Position numbers and translations under genes: made by a program. The notes under the pieces were generated by a model. It was not told the origin of the DNA and ran no database searches. It saw only the letters and a list, made by a program, of their open reading frames with translations. 64,000 nt of DNA, from contig CAWJTB010000002.1 of assembly GCA_963845655.1 (NCBI GenBank), positions 498,970-562,969 of the forward strand, given 5' to 3'. Below, piece by piece: positions 1 through 9,165 of the stretch (positions within the stretch are counted from its first letter, which is position 1; each line of letters starts with the position of its first letter). This DNA comes from an uncultured Actinomycetota bacterium (GTDB lineage: Bacteria; Actinomycetota; Actinomycetes; Propionibacteriales; Nocardioidaceae).

Positions 1-493
1 GGACGGTCAGGTCGAGGTCGTAGCCGGTGCCGTGGATGTTCTTGCCGAGATGGCCGGCGAGGTAGGCCTCCTGCACGGCGCGCTGCAGCCGGCGTACGAC
101 GTGCAGGACCTCGCCGCGGACGTAGATGAAGGCGTGGTTCGCACGGATCGCGTAGGAGCTGATGATCACGCCCTCGACCAGGGTGTGCGGCGTGGCCATC
201 ATCAGCGGGATGTCCTTGCAGGTGCCCGGCTCGGACTCGTCGGCGTTGACCACGAGGTAGTGCGGCTTGCCGTCGCCCTGGGGGATGAAGCCCCACTTCA
301 TGCCGGTCGGGAAGCCCGCACCGCCGCGGCCGCGCAGACCGGAGTCCTTGACGAGCGAGATGACGTCGTCCTGGCTCATGCCCAGGGCGGTCTCGAGCGC
401 GTCGTAGCCACCCGTGGCGGTGTAGGCCTCGAGGGTCCACGGCCTCTCGGTGCCCCAGTGCTCGGAGAGCACCGGTGTCAGCGTGTCGACCAT
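1..493 (-). CDS. nuoF: NADH-quinone oxidoreductase subunit F (N-terminal part; runs off the window start)
   Basis: Minus-strand translation MVDTLTPVLSEHWG...VKDSGLRGRGGAGFPTGMKWGF...YLVVNADESEPGTCKD gives the NuoF FMN/NADH-binding motifs; directly follows nuoE. Confidence 0.95.
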   Translation of the reverse strand, partial: MVDTLTPVLSEHWGTERPWTLEAYTATGGYDALETALGMSQDDVISLVKDSGLRGRGGAGFPTGMKWGFIPQGDGKPHYLVVNADESEPGTCKDIPLMMATPHTLVEGVIISSYAIRANHAFIYVRGEVLHVVRRLQRAVQEAYLAGHLGKNIHGTGYDLDLTV

Positions 494-495
494 CG

Positions 496-1350
496 TCACG
501 AGCCTCCCTTGGGGTTCTGCTCGCCGCCGGCGTCCTCGCCGACGGTCTCGGCCTCGGACTCCTCGACCTGGGTCTCGGAGTCGGCGCGGCCCATCGTCTG
601 CTGGGCGCCGAGCGCGTCACCGGCGGCGGGCTGTCCCTGCGTGGTCTGCCGGCGCTGGCGGGCCTGCTCCGACTCCGGAGCCGCCCAGCCGTTCTCGCGC
701 GCGATCTCCAGCCCCAGCAGCGAGGCGGGGCCGGCGGCGGGGCCCTCGTCGGCACGGTCGTCGGGGAAGCCGGCGAGCACGCGCTCGGCCTCGCGCCAGG
801 TGCAGATGCGCGCGCCGCGGGTGGAGCGGACCTCCCGGCCCTCACGCAGGTCGTCGACCAGCTGGGTCGCCGACTGCGGGGTCTGGTTGTCCATGAACTC
901 CCAGTTGACCATCACGACCGGGGCGTAGTCGCAGGCCGCGTTGCACTCGACGTGCTCCAGGGTGACCTTGCCGTCGTCGGTCGTCTCGTCGTTGCCGAGG
1001 TCGAGGTGCTCCTTGAGACGCTCGAAGATCTCGTCGCCACCCATCACGGCGCACAGCGTGTTGGTGCAGACGCCGACGTGGTACTCGCCGACGGGACGCC
1101 GCTTGTACATCGTGTAGAAGGTCGCGACGCCGGACACCTCCGCCGCGGAGATGCCGAGCACGTCGGCGCACGCCTCGATGCCGCGTGCGGTGACGCGGCC
1201 CTCGACGCTCTGCACGAGGTGCAGCATCGGCAGCAGCGCCGAGCGGGCCTGGGGGTAGCGCGTGGTGATCTCGCGCAGCTCGGCGAGCACGGAGGCGTCG
1301 AGAGCCGAGGACTCGATCTGGGTCGTCGGGCTCCCCTCGGGGTGGCTCAT
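496..1350 (-). CDS. nuoE: NADH-quinone oxidoreductase subunit E
   Basis: C-terminal part of ORF 496..2691 from MSHPEGS; [18 protein letters not shown] and VECNAAC 2Fe-2S ligands; ATGA overlap with the nuoD stop. Confidence 0.93.
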   Translation of the reverse strand: MSHPEGSPTTQIESSALDASVLAELREITTRYPQARSALLPMLHLVQSVEGRVTARGIEACADVLGISAAEVSGVATFYTMYKRRPVGEYHVGVCTNTLCAVMGGDEIFERLKEHLDLGNDETTDDGKVTLEHVECNAACDYAPVVMVNWEFMDNQTPQSATQLVDDLREGREVRSTRGARICTWREAERVLAGFPDDRADEGPAAGPASLLGLEIARENGWAAPESEQARQRRQTTQGQPAAGDALGAQQTMGRADSETQVEESEAETVGEDAGGEQNPKGGS

Positions 1351-2691
1351 CGGTCTACTCCGCCCATCACGGGGTCGATCGAGGCGATGGCGACGATGAC
1401 GTCGGCGACCTGGCCGCCCTCGCTCATCACCGACGTCGCCTGCAGGTTGGTGAACGACGGGTCGCGGAAGTGCGCCCGGAACGGACGCGTGCCGCCGTCG
1501 GAGACCACGTGGGCGCCCGAGCTCGCCGCGCGGCGACTCGACCGGCACGTAGGCCTGGCCGGCGGGGACCCGGAAGCCCTCGGTGACCAGCTTGAAGTGG
1601 TGGATCAGCGCCTCCATCGACTCACCCATGATGTGCCGGATGTGGTCGAGGCTGTTGCCCATGCCGTCGCTGCCGACAGCGAGCTGGCTCGGCCAGGCGA
1701 TCTTCTTGTCGCCCACCATGACCGGGGCGCCCTCGAGACCGGCGAGCCGGTCTGCGGCCTGCTCGACGATGCTCAGCGACTCCCACATCTCGTCCAGGCG
1801 GATCCGGAAGCGGCCGTAGGCGTCGCAGGTGTCACGGGTCGGGACGTCGAAGTCGTACTCCTCGTAGCCGGAGTAGGGCTGCGTCTTGCGCAGGTCCCAG
1901 GCATAGCCGGTCGACCGCAGCACGGGCCCGGTCATGCCGAGCGCCAGACAGCCGGCGAGGTCGAGGTGTCCGACGCCGACGAGCCGACCCTTGAAGATCG
2001 GGTTGGCGTTGCACAGCGCGGCGTACTCGGGCAGGCGCTTCTTCATCAGGGCGATGAAGTCGCGGATCTGGTCGAGAGCACCGGGCGGCATGTCCTGGGC
2101 GACGCCACCGGGGCGGATGAACGCGTGGTTCATCCGCAGGCCGGTGATCAGCTCGAAGAGGTCCAGGCACATCTCGCGCTCGCGGAAGCCGATGGTCATC
2201 ACCGTCAGCGCGCCGATCTCCATGCCGCCGGTGGCGATCGCGACCAGGTGGCTGGAGATGCGGTTGAGCTCCATCAGGAGCACCCGCATGACCTTGGCCT
2301 TCTCGGGGATGTCGTCCTCGATGTCGAGCAGCCGCTCGACGCCGAGGACGTAGGTCGCCTCGTTGTAGAACGGGGAGAGGTAGTCCATCCGGGTGCAGAA
2401 GGTGACGCCCTGCACCCAGGAGCGGAACTCCATGTTCTTCTCGATGCCGGTGTGCAGGTAGCCGATGCCGCAGCGGGCCTCGGTGACCGTCTCGCCCTCG
2501 AGCTCGAGGATCAGCCGGAGGACACCGTGGGTCGAGGGGTGCTGCGGGCCCATGTTGACCACGACGTGGTCGTCACCGTCCTCGGCGAGGCCCTCGGTGA
2601 TGGAGTCCCAGTCCTGACCGGTGACGGTGAAGACCTTGCCGTCCTCGGCGTCGGCGTCCTGCGCGTAGGGGTCCTGCGTCGTGGTGCCCAT
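1347..2691 (-). CDS. nuoD: NADH-quinone oxidoreductase subunit D (one frameshift near 1515)
   Basis: [24 protein letters not shown] and ESPRGELG motifs; the C-terminus ([21 protein letters not shown]...DPVMGGVDR) lies in another frame after one extra G. Confidence 0.93.
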
Positions 2692-3452
2692 CAGTTGTAC
2701 GACCTCCGCGTGTCGGGCGGCGGGATGGTCGCGCCTTTGTACTCGACCGGGATGCCACCGAGGGGGTAGTCCTTGCGCTGCGGGTGCCCCGGCCAGTCGT
2801 CGGGCATCTGGATGCGCGTCAGAGCGGGGTGACCGTCGAAGATGATGCCGAAGAAGTCGTAGGTCTCGCGCTCGTGCCAGTCGTTGGTCGGGTAGGTCTC
2901 GACGACGGACGGGATGTGCGGGTCGGCGTCGGGGCAGGTCACCTCGAGGCGGATCCGCCGGTTGTGGGTCATCGACAGCAGGTGGTAGACCGCGTGCAGC
3001 TCGCGGCCCTGGTCGTCGGGGTAGTGCACGCCCGAGACGCCGGCGCAGAACTCGAAGCGCAGGTCGGCGTCGTCACGCAGCCGTCGGGCGACCACCGGCA
3101 GCGCGTCGCGACGCACGAAGAAGGTGATCTCGCCGCGGTGCACGACGACCTTCTCGACGCCCCCGTCCAGTGCCTGCCCCGCGAGGACGGCCTCGATCGA
3201 GTCCGCGACCTGGTCGAACCAGCCGCCGTAGGGACGGGCGGTCCCGCCGGGCATCGTGATCGGGCGGACCAGGCCGCCGTACCCGCTGGTGTCGCCGGTG
3301 CCGCGGACGCCGAACATGCCGTGCCGGACGCCGACCACCTCGGGCTCGTGCTGCACCGGGAGGGCGTTCTCCTCGGCACGGTCGGTCAGGTCGACGTCGG
3401 TGCCCGGTGTCAGCTCCTCGGTCGGGGCGGGCTTGTCGTTGCTGTCGCTCAC
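2691..3452 (-). CDS. nuoC: NADH-quinone oxidoreductase subunit C
   Basis: GTG start overlapping the nuoB stop; [18 protein letters not shown]...[10 protein letters not shown] NuoC signature. Confidence 0.95.
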   Translation of the reverse strand: MSDSNDKPAPTEELTPGTDVDLTDRAEENALPVQHEPEVVGVRHGMFGVRGTGDTSGYGGLVRPITMPGGTARPYGGWFDQVADSIEAVLAGQALDGGVEKVVVHRGEITFFVRRDALPVVARRLRDDADLRFEFCAGVSGVHYPDDQGRELHAVYHLLSMTHNRRIRLEVTCPDADPHIPSVVETYPTNDWHERETYDFFGIIFDGHPALTRIQMPDDWPGHPQRKDYPLGGIPVEYKGATIPPPDTRRSYN

Positions 3453-4003
3453 CGCAGCAGCCCCTTCATCTCCGAGGTCGGCAGGGCGTTGAGCGCCGTG
3501 GTCTCCTGCTCCTCGATCTCCGCCAGCCGGTTGGGACCGAGCTTGGTGGCCTGGACCTGCTGGTGGAGCTTGAGGATCGCGTCGATCAGCATCTCCGGAC
3601 GCGGCGGGCAGCCGGGAAGGTACATGTCGACCGGGACGACGTGGTCGACGCCCTGGACGATCGCGTAGTTGTTGAACATGCCGCCGGAGCTGGCGCAGAC
3701 GCCCATCGCGAGGACGTACTTGGGCTCGGCCATCTGGTCGTAGATCTGGCGCAGCACCGGGGCCATCTTCTGGCTCACCCGGCCGGCCACGATCATCAGG
3801 TCGGCCTGCCGCGGGGACGCGCGGAACACCTCCATGCCGAAGCGGGCCAGGTCGTAGCGCGGCCCGCCGGACGTCATCATCTCGATGGCGCAGCAGGCCA
3901 GGCCGAACGTCGCGGGCCAGAACGAGGCCTTGCGCATGTAGCCGGCGACGCCCTCGACGGTCGTCAGCAAGACACCGCTGGGCAGCTTCTCCTCGAGTCC
4001 CAT
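3449..4003 (-). CDS. nuoB: NADH-quinone oxidoreductase subunit B
   Basis: [23 protein letters not shown] and [10 protein letters not shown] motifs. Confidence 0.97.
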   Translation of the reverse strand: MGLEEKLPSGVLLTTVEGVAGYMRKASFWPATFGLACCAIEMMTSGGPRYDLARFGMEVFRASPRQADLMIVAGRVSQKMAPVLRQIYDQMAEPKYVLAMGVCASSGGMFNNYAIVQGVDHVVPVDMYLPGCPPRPEMLIDAILKLHQQVQATKLGPNRLAEIEEQETTALNALPTSEMKGLLR

Positions 4004-4023
4004 GACCTACCTCCCCTTCTCCA

Positions 4024-4383
4024 TCAGTCCCACTCCAGACCACCGCGTCGCCAGACGTAGGCGTACGCGATGAAGACGGTCGCGATGAAGAACACCATCT
4101 CGACGAGCCCGAACAGCTTCATCGAGTCGAAGTACACCGCCCAGGGGTACAGGAAGACGATCTCGATGTCGAAGATGATGAACATCATCGCGGTGATGTA
4201 GTACTTCACCGGGAACTTGCCGCCGCCGAGTGCCTGCGGGGTCGGCTCGATGCCGCACTCGTAGGAGTCGAGCTTGGCGCGGTTGTAGCGCTTCGGGCCG
4301 GTCAGCGAGCTGACCGCCACCGAGAACACCGCAAAACCGAACGCGAGAATCCCGAGTGCCAGGACGGGTGTGTAGAGCTCCAC
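4024..4383 (-). CDS. nuoA: NADH-quinone oxidoreductase subunit A
   Basis: YECGIEP and [15 protein letters not shown] motifs, three TM helices, ends GGLEWD. Confidence 0.97.
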   Translation of the reverse strand: MELYTPVLALGILAFGFAVFSVAVSSLTGPKRYNRAKLDSYECGIEPTPQALGGGKFPVKYYITAMMFIIFDIEIVFLYPWAVYFDSMKLFGLVEMVFFIATVFIAYAYVWRRGGLEWD

Positions 4384-4464
4384 CGATCCTCTCCCTCCTG
4401 CTGGCTGTTCCGGCTCGTCTGTCGTGCTGGGCTGCGTGGGTCTGGTGCTGCTGTCCGACCGCGC

Positions 4465-5763
4465 TCAGGCCGCGGGGGCGACCTTGGCGAGCGCGTTGAT
4501 CACCCGGTCGGACACGTCGCCGTCGTGCGGATCGGTGAGGTTCGCCATCAGCTTGAGGGTGAACTTCATCAGGGCCGTGCGCGGCAGGCCGTACTTCGTG
4601 GCCTGCTTCATGAACGTCGGGTTGCCGATCATCTTGGCGAAGACGCGGCCCAGCGTGAAGTACCCGCCGTACGCCGTCTCGAGCGCAGCGGCGTAGCCCT
4701 CCAGGACCCGCTCGCGCGCGGGCCCCTCCGGACGGGCCAGGGCCTGCACGATGGTCTCGGCCGCCATGTGCCCGGCCTCGAGGGCGTAGTCGATGCCCTC
4801 GCCGTTGAAGGGGTTGACCATGCCACCGGAGTCGCCGACCAGCAGCACCCCGCGGGTGTAGTGCGGCTTGCGGTTGAAGCCCATCGGCAGCGCCGCGGAG
4901 CCGATCCGGCCGACGAGGGACTCGTCGCGGAAGCCCCACTCGTCCGGCGTGTGCTCGAGCCAGCGGTGCAGCACGTCCTTGTAGTCGACGTTGCGGAAGG
5001 CCGAGGAGGTGTTCAGGATGCCGAGGCCGACGTTGGCCTGGCCGTTGCCGAGCCCGAAGATCCAGCCGTAGCCGGGGAGCAGGTTGCTCTCACCGGGCTT
5101 GCCGTCCCACAGCTCGAGCCACGACTCCATCCACTCGTCGTCGTGGCGCGGGGTCTCGTAGTACGCGCGGATCGCGACGCCCATCGGGCGGTTGTCGCGG
5201 CGCTCGAGGCCCAGCGCGATCGCGATCCGCGAGGAGACGCCGTCGCAGGCGAGCACGACGGGGGCGGAGTAGGTCACCTCGTCGCCGGTGCGTCGGCCAC
5301 GCTCGTCGACCGCACGGGTGGCGACGCCGGTGACGCGACCGGTGCGCTCGTCGATCACCGGGGCGGTGACGATGGTGCGCTCCTGCAGCCGGGCGCCGGC
5401 CTTCTCGGCGTGCCGCGCGAGGATCTCGTCGAAGTCCATCCGGCTGCGGACCAGGCCGTAGGGCGGGAAGCTCGCGAGATCGGGCCAGGGCAGCTCGATG
5501 CGGTGCCCGGCGCCGACGATCCGCAGGCCCTTGTTCTTCGCCCAGCCCGGGGCGTCGATGTCGATGCCCATCGCGATCAGCTGACGGACCGCGCGCGGGG
5601 TGAGCCCGTCGCCGCAGATCTTGTCGCGCGGGAAGGACGCCTTCTCGAGCAGCAGCACGTCGACGCCCGCGTTGGCCAGGTGGTAGGCCGCCGCGGATCC
5701 GGCCGGGCCGGCGCCGACGACGATCACGTCGGCCTGCCGCTCGTCCACGGGGATCCGGGTCAT
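4465..5763 (-). CDS. menJ: Geranylgeranyl reductase family protein (menaquinone reductase MenJ-like)
   Basis: GAGPAG FAD motif, FPRDKICGDGLTP and GDSGGMVNPFNGEGI; lies between menG and nuoA. Confidence 0.82.
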   Translation of the reverse strand: MTRIPVDERQADVIVVGAGPAGSAAAYHLANAGVDVLLLEKASFPRDKICGDGLTPRAVRQLIAMGIDIDAPGWAKNKGLRIVGAGHRIELPWPDLASFPPYGLVRSRMDFDEILARHAEKAGARLQERTIVTAPVIDERTGRVTGVATRAVDERGRRTGDEVTYSAPVVLACDGVSSRIAIALGLERRDNRPMGVAIRAYYETPRHDDEWMESWLELWDGKPGESNLLPGYGWIFGLGNGQANVGLGILNTSSAFRNVDYKDVLHRWLEHTPDEWGFRDESLVGRIGSAALPMGFNRKPHYTRGVLLVGDSGGMVNPFNGEGIDYALEAGHMAAETIVQALARPEGPARERVLEGYAAALETAYGGYFTLGRVFAKMIGNPTFMKQATKYGLPRTALMKFTLKLMANLTDPHDGDVSDRVINALAKVAPAA

Positions 5764-5817
5764 GCGGGGCGTCCTCTTCCCTGCTGGTGCACTGCGGTGG
5801 TCCTGGCTTTTGTGCCT

Positions 5818-5835
5818 TTGTGAATTGCTTCACGA
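5818..5835. promoter_or_regulatory. Rex operator (ROP) upstream of the menJ-nuo operon
   Basis: TTGTGAATTGCTTCACGA matches the Rex consensus TTGTGAA-N4-TTCACAA with one mismatch; it lies just downstream of a minus-strand -10 TAGACT (5852-5857). Confidence 0.8.
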
Positions 5836-6005
5836 ACGTTTCTCACGGGTGAGTCTAGGGGCCACCGCCGCATCTTGCGACCCGCCCCCCACCCCATCTC
5901 GTGCCACATCCCGCGACGCGCCTCTGCCCCAACCCGCGCCCGCGTCCGACTCCGGCAAACCGCCACTGACCTGCGGATTTACAGCACACCCCCCTTGCGT
6001 TATTG

Positions 6006-6244
6006 CCGACCCGGCGCGTTGGCTGGTCCCCACCCCGCCGAGTCGGCGCGTCGGCTGGTCCCCACCCCGCCGAGTCGGCGCGTTGGCTGGTCCTGTGGAC
6101 AGCCAACGCGCCGGGTCGGGGGGTTCTCGGCCAGCCAACGCGCCGAGTCGGGGTCTCGGCCAGCCAACGCGCCGGGTCGGGGGGTTCTCGGCCAGCCAAC
6201 GCGCCGGGTCGGGGGGTTCTCGGCCAGCCGACGCGCCGGGTCGG
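6006..6244. repeat. Mirror-image tandem repeat array: 3 copies of a 21-bp core, then 5 inverted copies, mostly 32-bp period
   Basis: Core CCGA(CC/GT)CGGCGCGTYGGCTGG at 6006, 6038 and 6070; reverse complement CCAGCCRACGCGCCGRGTCGG at about 6100, 6131, 6160, 6192 and 6224. Confidence 0.92.
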
Positions 6245-6245
6245 G

Positions 6246-6935
6246 TCAGGCGGTGGCGCGGTGCAGGGCGACGATGCCGCCGGAGAGGTTCTGCCACTCC
6301 GGCGCGCGCCAGCCGGCCTGGGCGATCCGCGCGGCGAGCCGGGTCTGGTCCGGCCAGGCGCGGATCGACTCGGCCAGGTAGACGTAGGCGTCCGGGCTCG
6401 AGGAGACGGCGCGGGCCACCGGCGGGAGCGCGCGCATGAGGTACTCCACGTAGGCGGTCCGGAACGGCGCCCACGTCGGATGGCTGAACTCGCAGACCAC
6501 CAGGCGACCACCGGGCTTGGTCACGCGCAGCATCTCGCGCAGCCCGGCGTCCGGGTCGACGATGTTGCGCAGGCCGAAGGAGATCGTCACGGCGTCGAAG
6601 GTGTGGTCGGCGAACGGCAGCCGCGTGCCGTCCCCGGCGGTGAACCCCAGGTGCGGTCGGGCCCGCTTGCCGACGCGCAGCATCCCGAGCGAGAAGTCGC
6701 ACGGCACCACCTGGGCACCTCGGTCGGCGAACGGCTGGCTCGAGGTGCCGGTCCCGGCGGCCAGGTCGAGCACCAGCTCGCCGCGCCGGGGGTCCACGGC
6801 CTGCACCACCTTGCCCCGCCACCGGCGATCCTGACCGAGGGAGAGCACGTCGTTGGTCAGGTCGTAGCGGGCGGCGACGTCGTCGAACATCGCCGCGACC
6901 TCCGACGGCTTCTTGTCCAGCTGGGCGCGGCTCAT
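6246..6935 (-). CDS. menG: Demethylmenaquinone methyltransferase
   Basis: From [10 protein letters not shown]; [28 protein letters not shown] and ISFGLRN UbiE/MenG motifs. Confidence 0.93.
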   Translation of the reverse strand: MSRAQLDKKPSEVAAMFDDVAARYDLTNDVLSLGQDRRWRGKVVQAVDPRRGELVLDLAAGTGTSSQPFADRGAQVVPCDFSLGMLRVGKRARPHLGFTAGDGTRLPFADHTFDAVTISFGLRNIVDPDAGLREMLRVTKPGGRLVVCEFSHPTWAPFRTAYVEYLMRALPPVARAVSSSPDAYVYLAESIRAWPDQTRLAARIAQAGWRAPEWQNLSGGIVALHRATA

Positions 6936-7017
6936 GACGTCATCACCCGACCAGCCTAGGCACCGCTCGCTCCGGGCCTGCCGGGGGTGCTCGCCCCCCG
7001 CGCCGTAGGCTGCCGGG

Positions 7018-8300
7018 GTGACGCAGTCCCCCCGCGCCGCCGGTCGCACGCCGGACCACGTCCCCCTCGTGGTGCGCACCGTCGTCGTCCCGGACCCCGG
7101 TCCGCTGCTGGCGCTGCTGCCCGACGACGCCGCCACCGCGGCCTGGGTACGACGCGGCGAGGGCGTCGTGGGCTGGGGCGTCGCGGCGGTCTGCCACACC
7201 TCGGGCCCCGACCGCTTCACCGAGGCCTCCACGTGGTGGGCCGAGCGCGCCGGCTCCGCCGTCGTCCGGGACGAGGTCGGCCAGCCCGGCTCGGGCCTGC
7301 TCTGCTTCGGCTCGTTCGCCTTCGCCGACGAGCCGGGCGACAGCGTCCTGGTCGTGCCCGAGGTGGTGGTCGGCCGCCGCGGCGACACCGTCTGGGTGAC
7401 CACGACCGGCGTCGGCAGCCTCACCGCCGCCCCCGACGTGCGTCCCGACCTCGGCGCCCTCCCGCCCCGGTGGGGGTGACCTTCGCCGACGGCGCGCGCA
7501 GTGGCACCGACTGGGAGACGGTCGTGGCCGGGGCGGTGTCGCGGATCAACGCCGGCGCGCTGGAGAAGGTCGTCCTGGCCCGTGACCTGCTGGCCACGGC
7601 CGAGGACGACGTCGACGTGCGCTGGCCGCTGGGGCGGCTCGCCGCGTCGTACCCGATGTGCTGGACGTTCCACGTCGACGGGCTCTTCGGGGCGACCCCG
7701 GAGATGCTCGTACGCCGCGAGCGGGGCCTGGTCACGTCCCGGGTGCTCGCCGGCACCATCCGCCGCACCGGCGACGACGCCCGTGACCTGACCTTGGCCG
7801 CGACCCTGGCCCGCTCCTCGAAGGACCTCGAGGAGCACGAGTACGCCGTCCGCTCGGTGGCCGACGCGCTGGCGCCGTACTGCTCGTCGATGAACGTGCC
7901 CGAGGCGCCGTTCGTGCTGCACCTGCCCAACGTCATGCACCTGGCCACGGACGTCGCCGGCGTGATCCACGAGAGCGACCAGGACCCGACCACGTCGCTG
8001 GACCTCGCCGCGGCGCTGCACCCCTCGGCGGCGGTCGGCGGCACTCCCACGGACGTCGCGACCCGGCTCATCACGGAGATCGAGGGCATGGATCGCGGCC
8101 GCTACGCGGGACCGGTCGGCTGGATGGACGGCACCGGCGACGGCGAGTGGGGACTGGCGCTGCGCTCGGCCGAGCTGGACGGGCCTCGCGTGCGGCTGTT
8201 CGCGGGCTGCGGAATCGTCGCCGACTCCGACCCGGAGGCGGAGCTGGCGGAGGCGCAGGCGAAGTTCGTGCCGGTCCGGGACGCGCTCACCGGAGGCTGA
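7018..8300 (+). CDS. menF: Isochorismate synthase (frameshift near 7465-7475)
   Basis: N-part in ORF 7018..7479, C-part with [28 protein letters not shown] and FAGCGIV chorismate-binding motifs; men gene context. Confidence 0.85.
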
Positions 8301-8503
8301 CGGCCCCGGGCGGTCCATGGTCGCGGGCGGCAGCCCCTTGGGACGACCGCCACCCGCCACCACGTCCACACGGTGCAACCCCACCCATCCCCCAGCGGGC
8401 GCGGTCGAGACCATTCTTCCGTGCGTCCGGGACCGGGTCTGTGGCCTCAACGGACCGGTCCGCTGTCCGTCCGGTCACCCCGACCGGCCCGAACGGAGGA
8501 CGG

Positions 8504-9142
8504 TCAGGTCAGGTCATTGCCGGGTGCGAGGCGCTCGTAGCCCACCTCGGACCTGCCCAGCAGCAGCTCGAGGTTGCGGCCGACCACGCTGAGGCCGGTG
8601 TCGTTCAGCAGCCCGTCGTGTACGGCGACCGCGCGGCTCGCACCCACGGCCCGGCCGAAGTCGATGACCTCGGAGATCTTGCTCCACGGGGCGTGCACGG
8701 GCAGGAACAGCACGTCGACGGGGCCGCCGGGCGGCGTGAAGGAGTCACCCGGGTGGTAGACGCGGGTGCTGCCCACGTCGACGACGTAGCCGCTGTTGAA
8801 GAACCGCGGCAGGTCCTCGTGGATCACGGCGTGCAGCTCGCCGACCGCGGTGACCGGCAGACCGGCGTCGAACTGCTGACCGGGCGAGACCACCTGCACC
8901 CGCTCGGCGACCTCGCTGTCGGCCTCGGCGATCTGGGTGCGGACGGCCTCGATCGTGTAGATCGGCGCGTCGGTCGCGCGCAGGTGCCCGACGTCGAGGT
9001 GGTCGACGTGCTCGTGGGTGATCAGCACCGCGGTGGCGCCGTCGACGGCCTCGCGCTCGGTGAAGGCGCCGGGATCGAGGACGACGACGTGGCCGTCGTG
9101 CTCGAGACGGACGCAGGCGTGCCCGAACTTGGTGATCCTCAT
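8504..9142 (-). CDS. MBL-fold metallo-hydrolase
   Basis: MRITKFGHACVRL, THEHVDH, YHPGDS and VHD motifs. Confidence 0.9.
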   Translation of the reverse strand: MRITKFGHACVRLEHDGHVVVLDPGAFTEREAVDGATAVLITHEHVDHLDVGHLRATDAPIYTIEAVRTQIAEADSEVAERVQVVSPGQQFDAGLPVTAVGELHAVIHEDLPRFFNSGYVVDVGSTRVYHPGDSFTPPGGPVDVLFLPVHAPWSKISEVIDFGRAVGASRAVAVHDGLLNDTGLSVVGRNLELLLGRSEVGYERLAPGNDLT

Positions 9143-9165
9143 GTCCTGAACCTACCCAGGAACGC

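Noticed and set aside
496-2691. NuoD-NuoE fusion protein of 731 aa
   Set aside because: Caused by a one-base insertion near 1515; the normal NuoD C-terminus and ATGA overlap are present in the other frame.
6006-6244. CRISPR array
   Set aside because: Linkers are only 8-11 nt and identical within each arm, orientation flips mid-array, and no cas genes are in the window.
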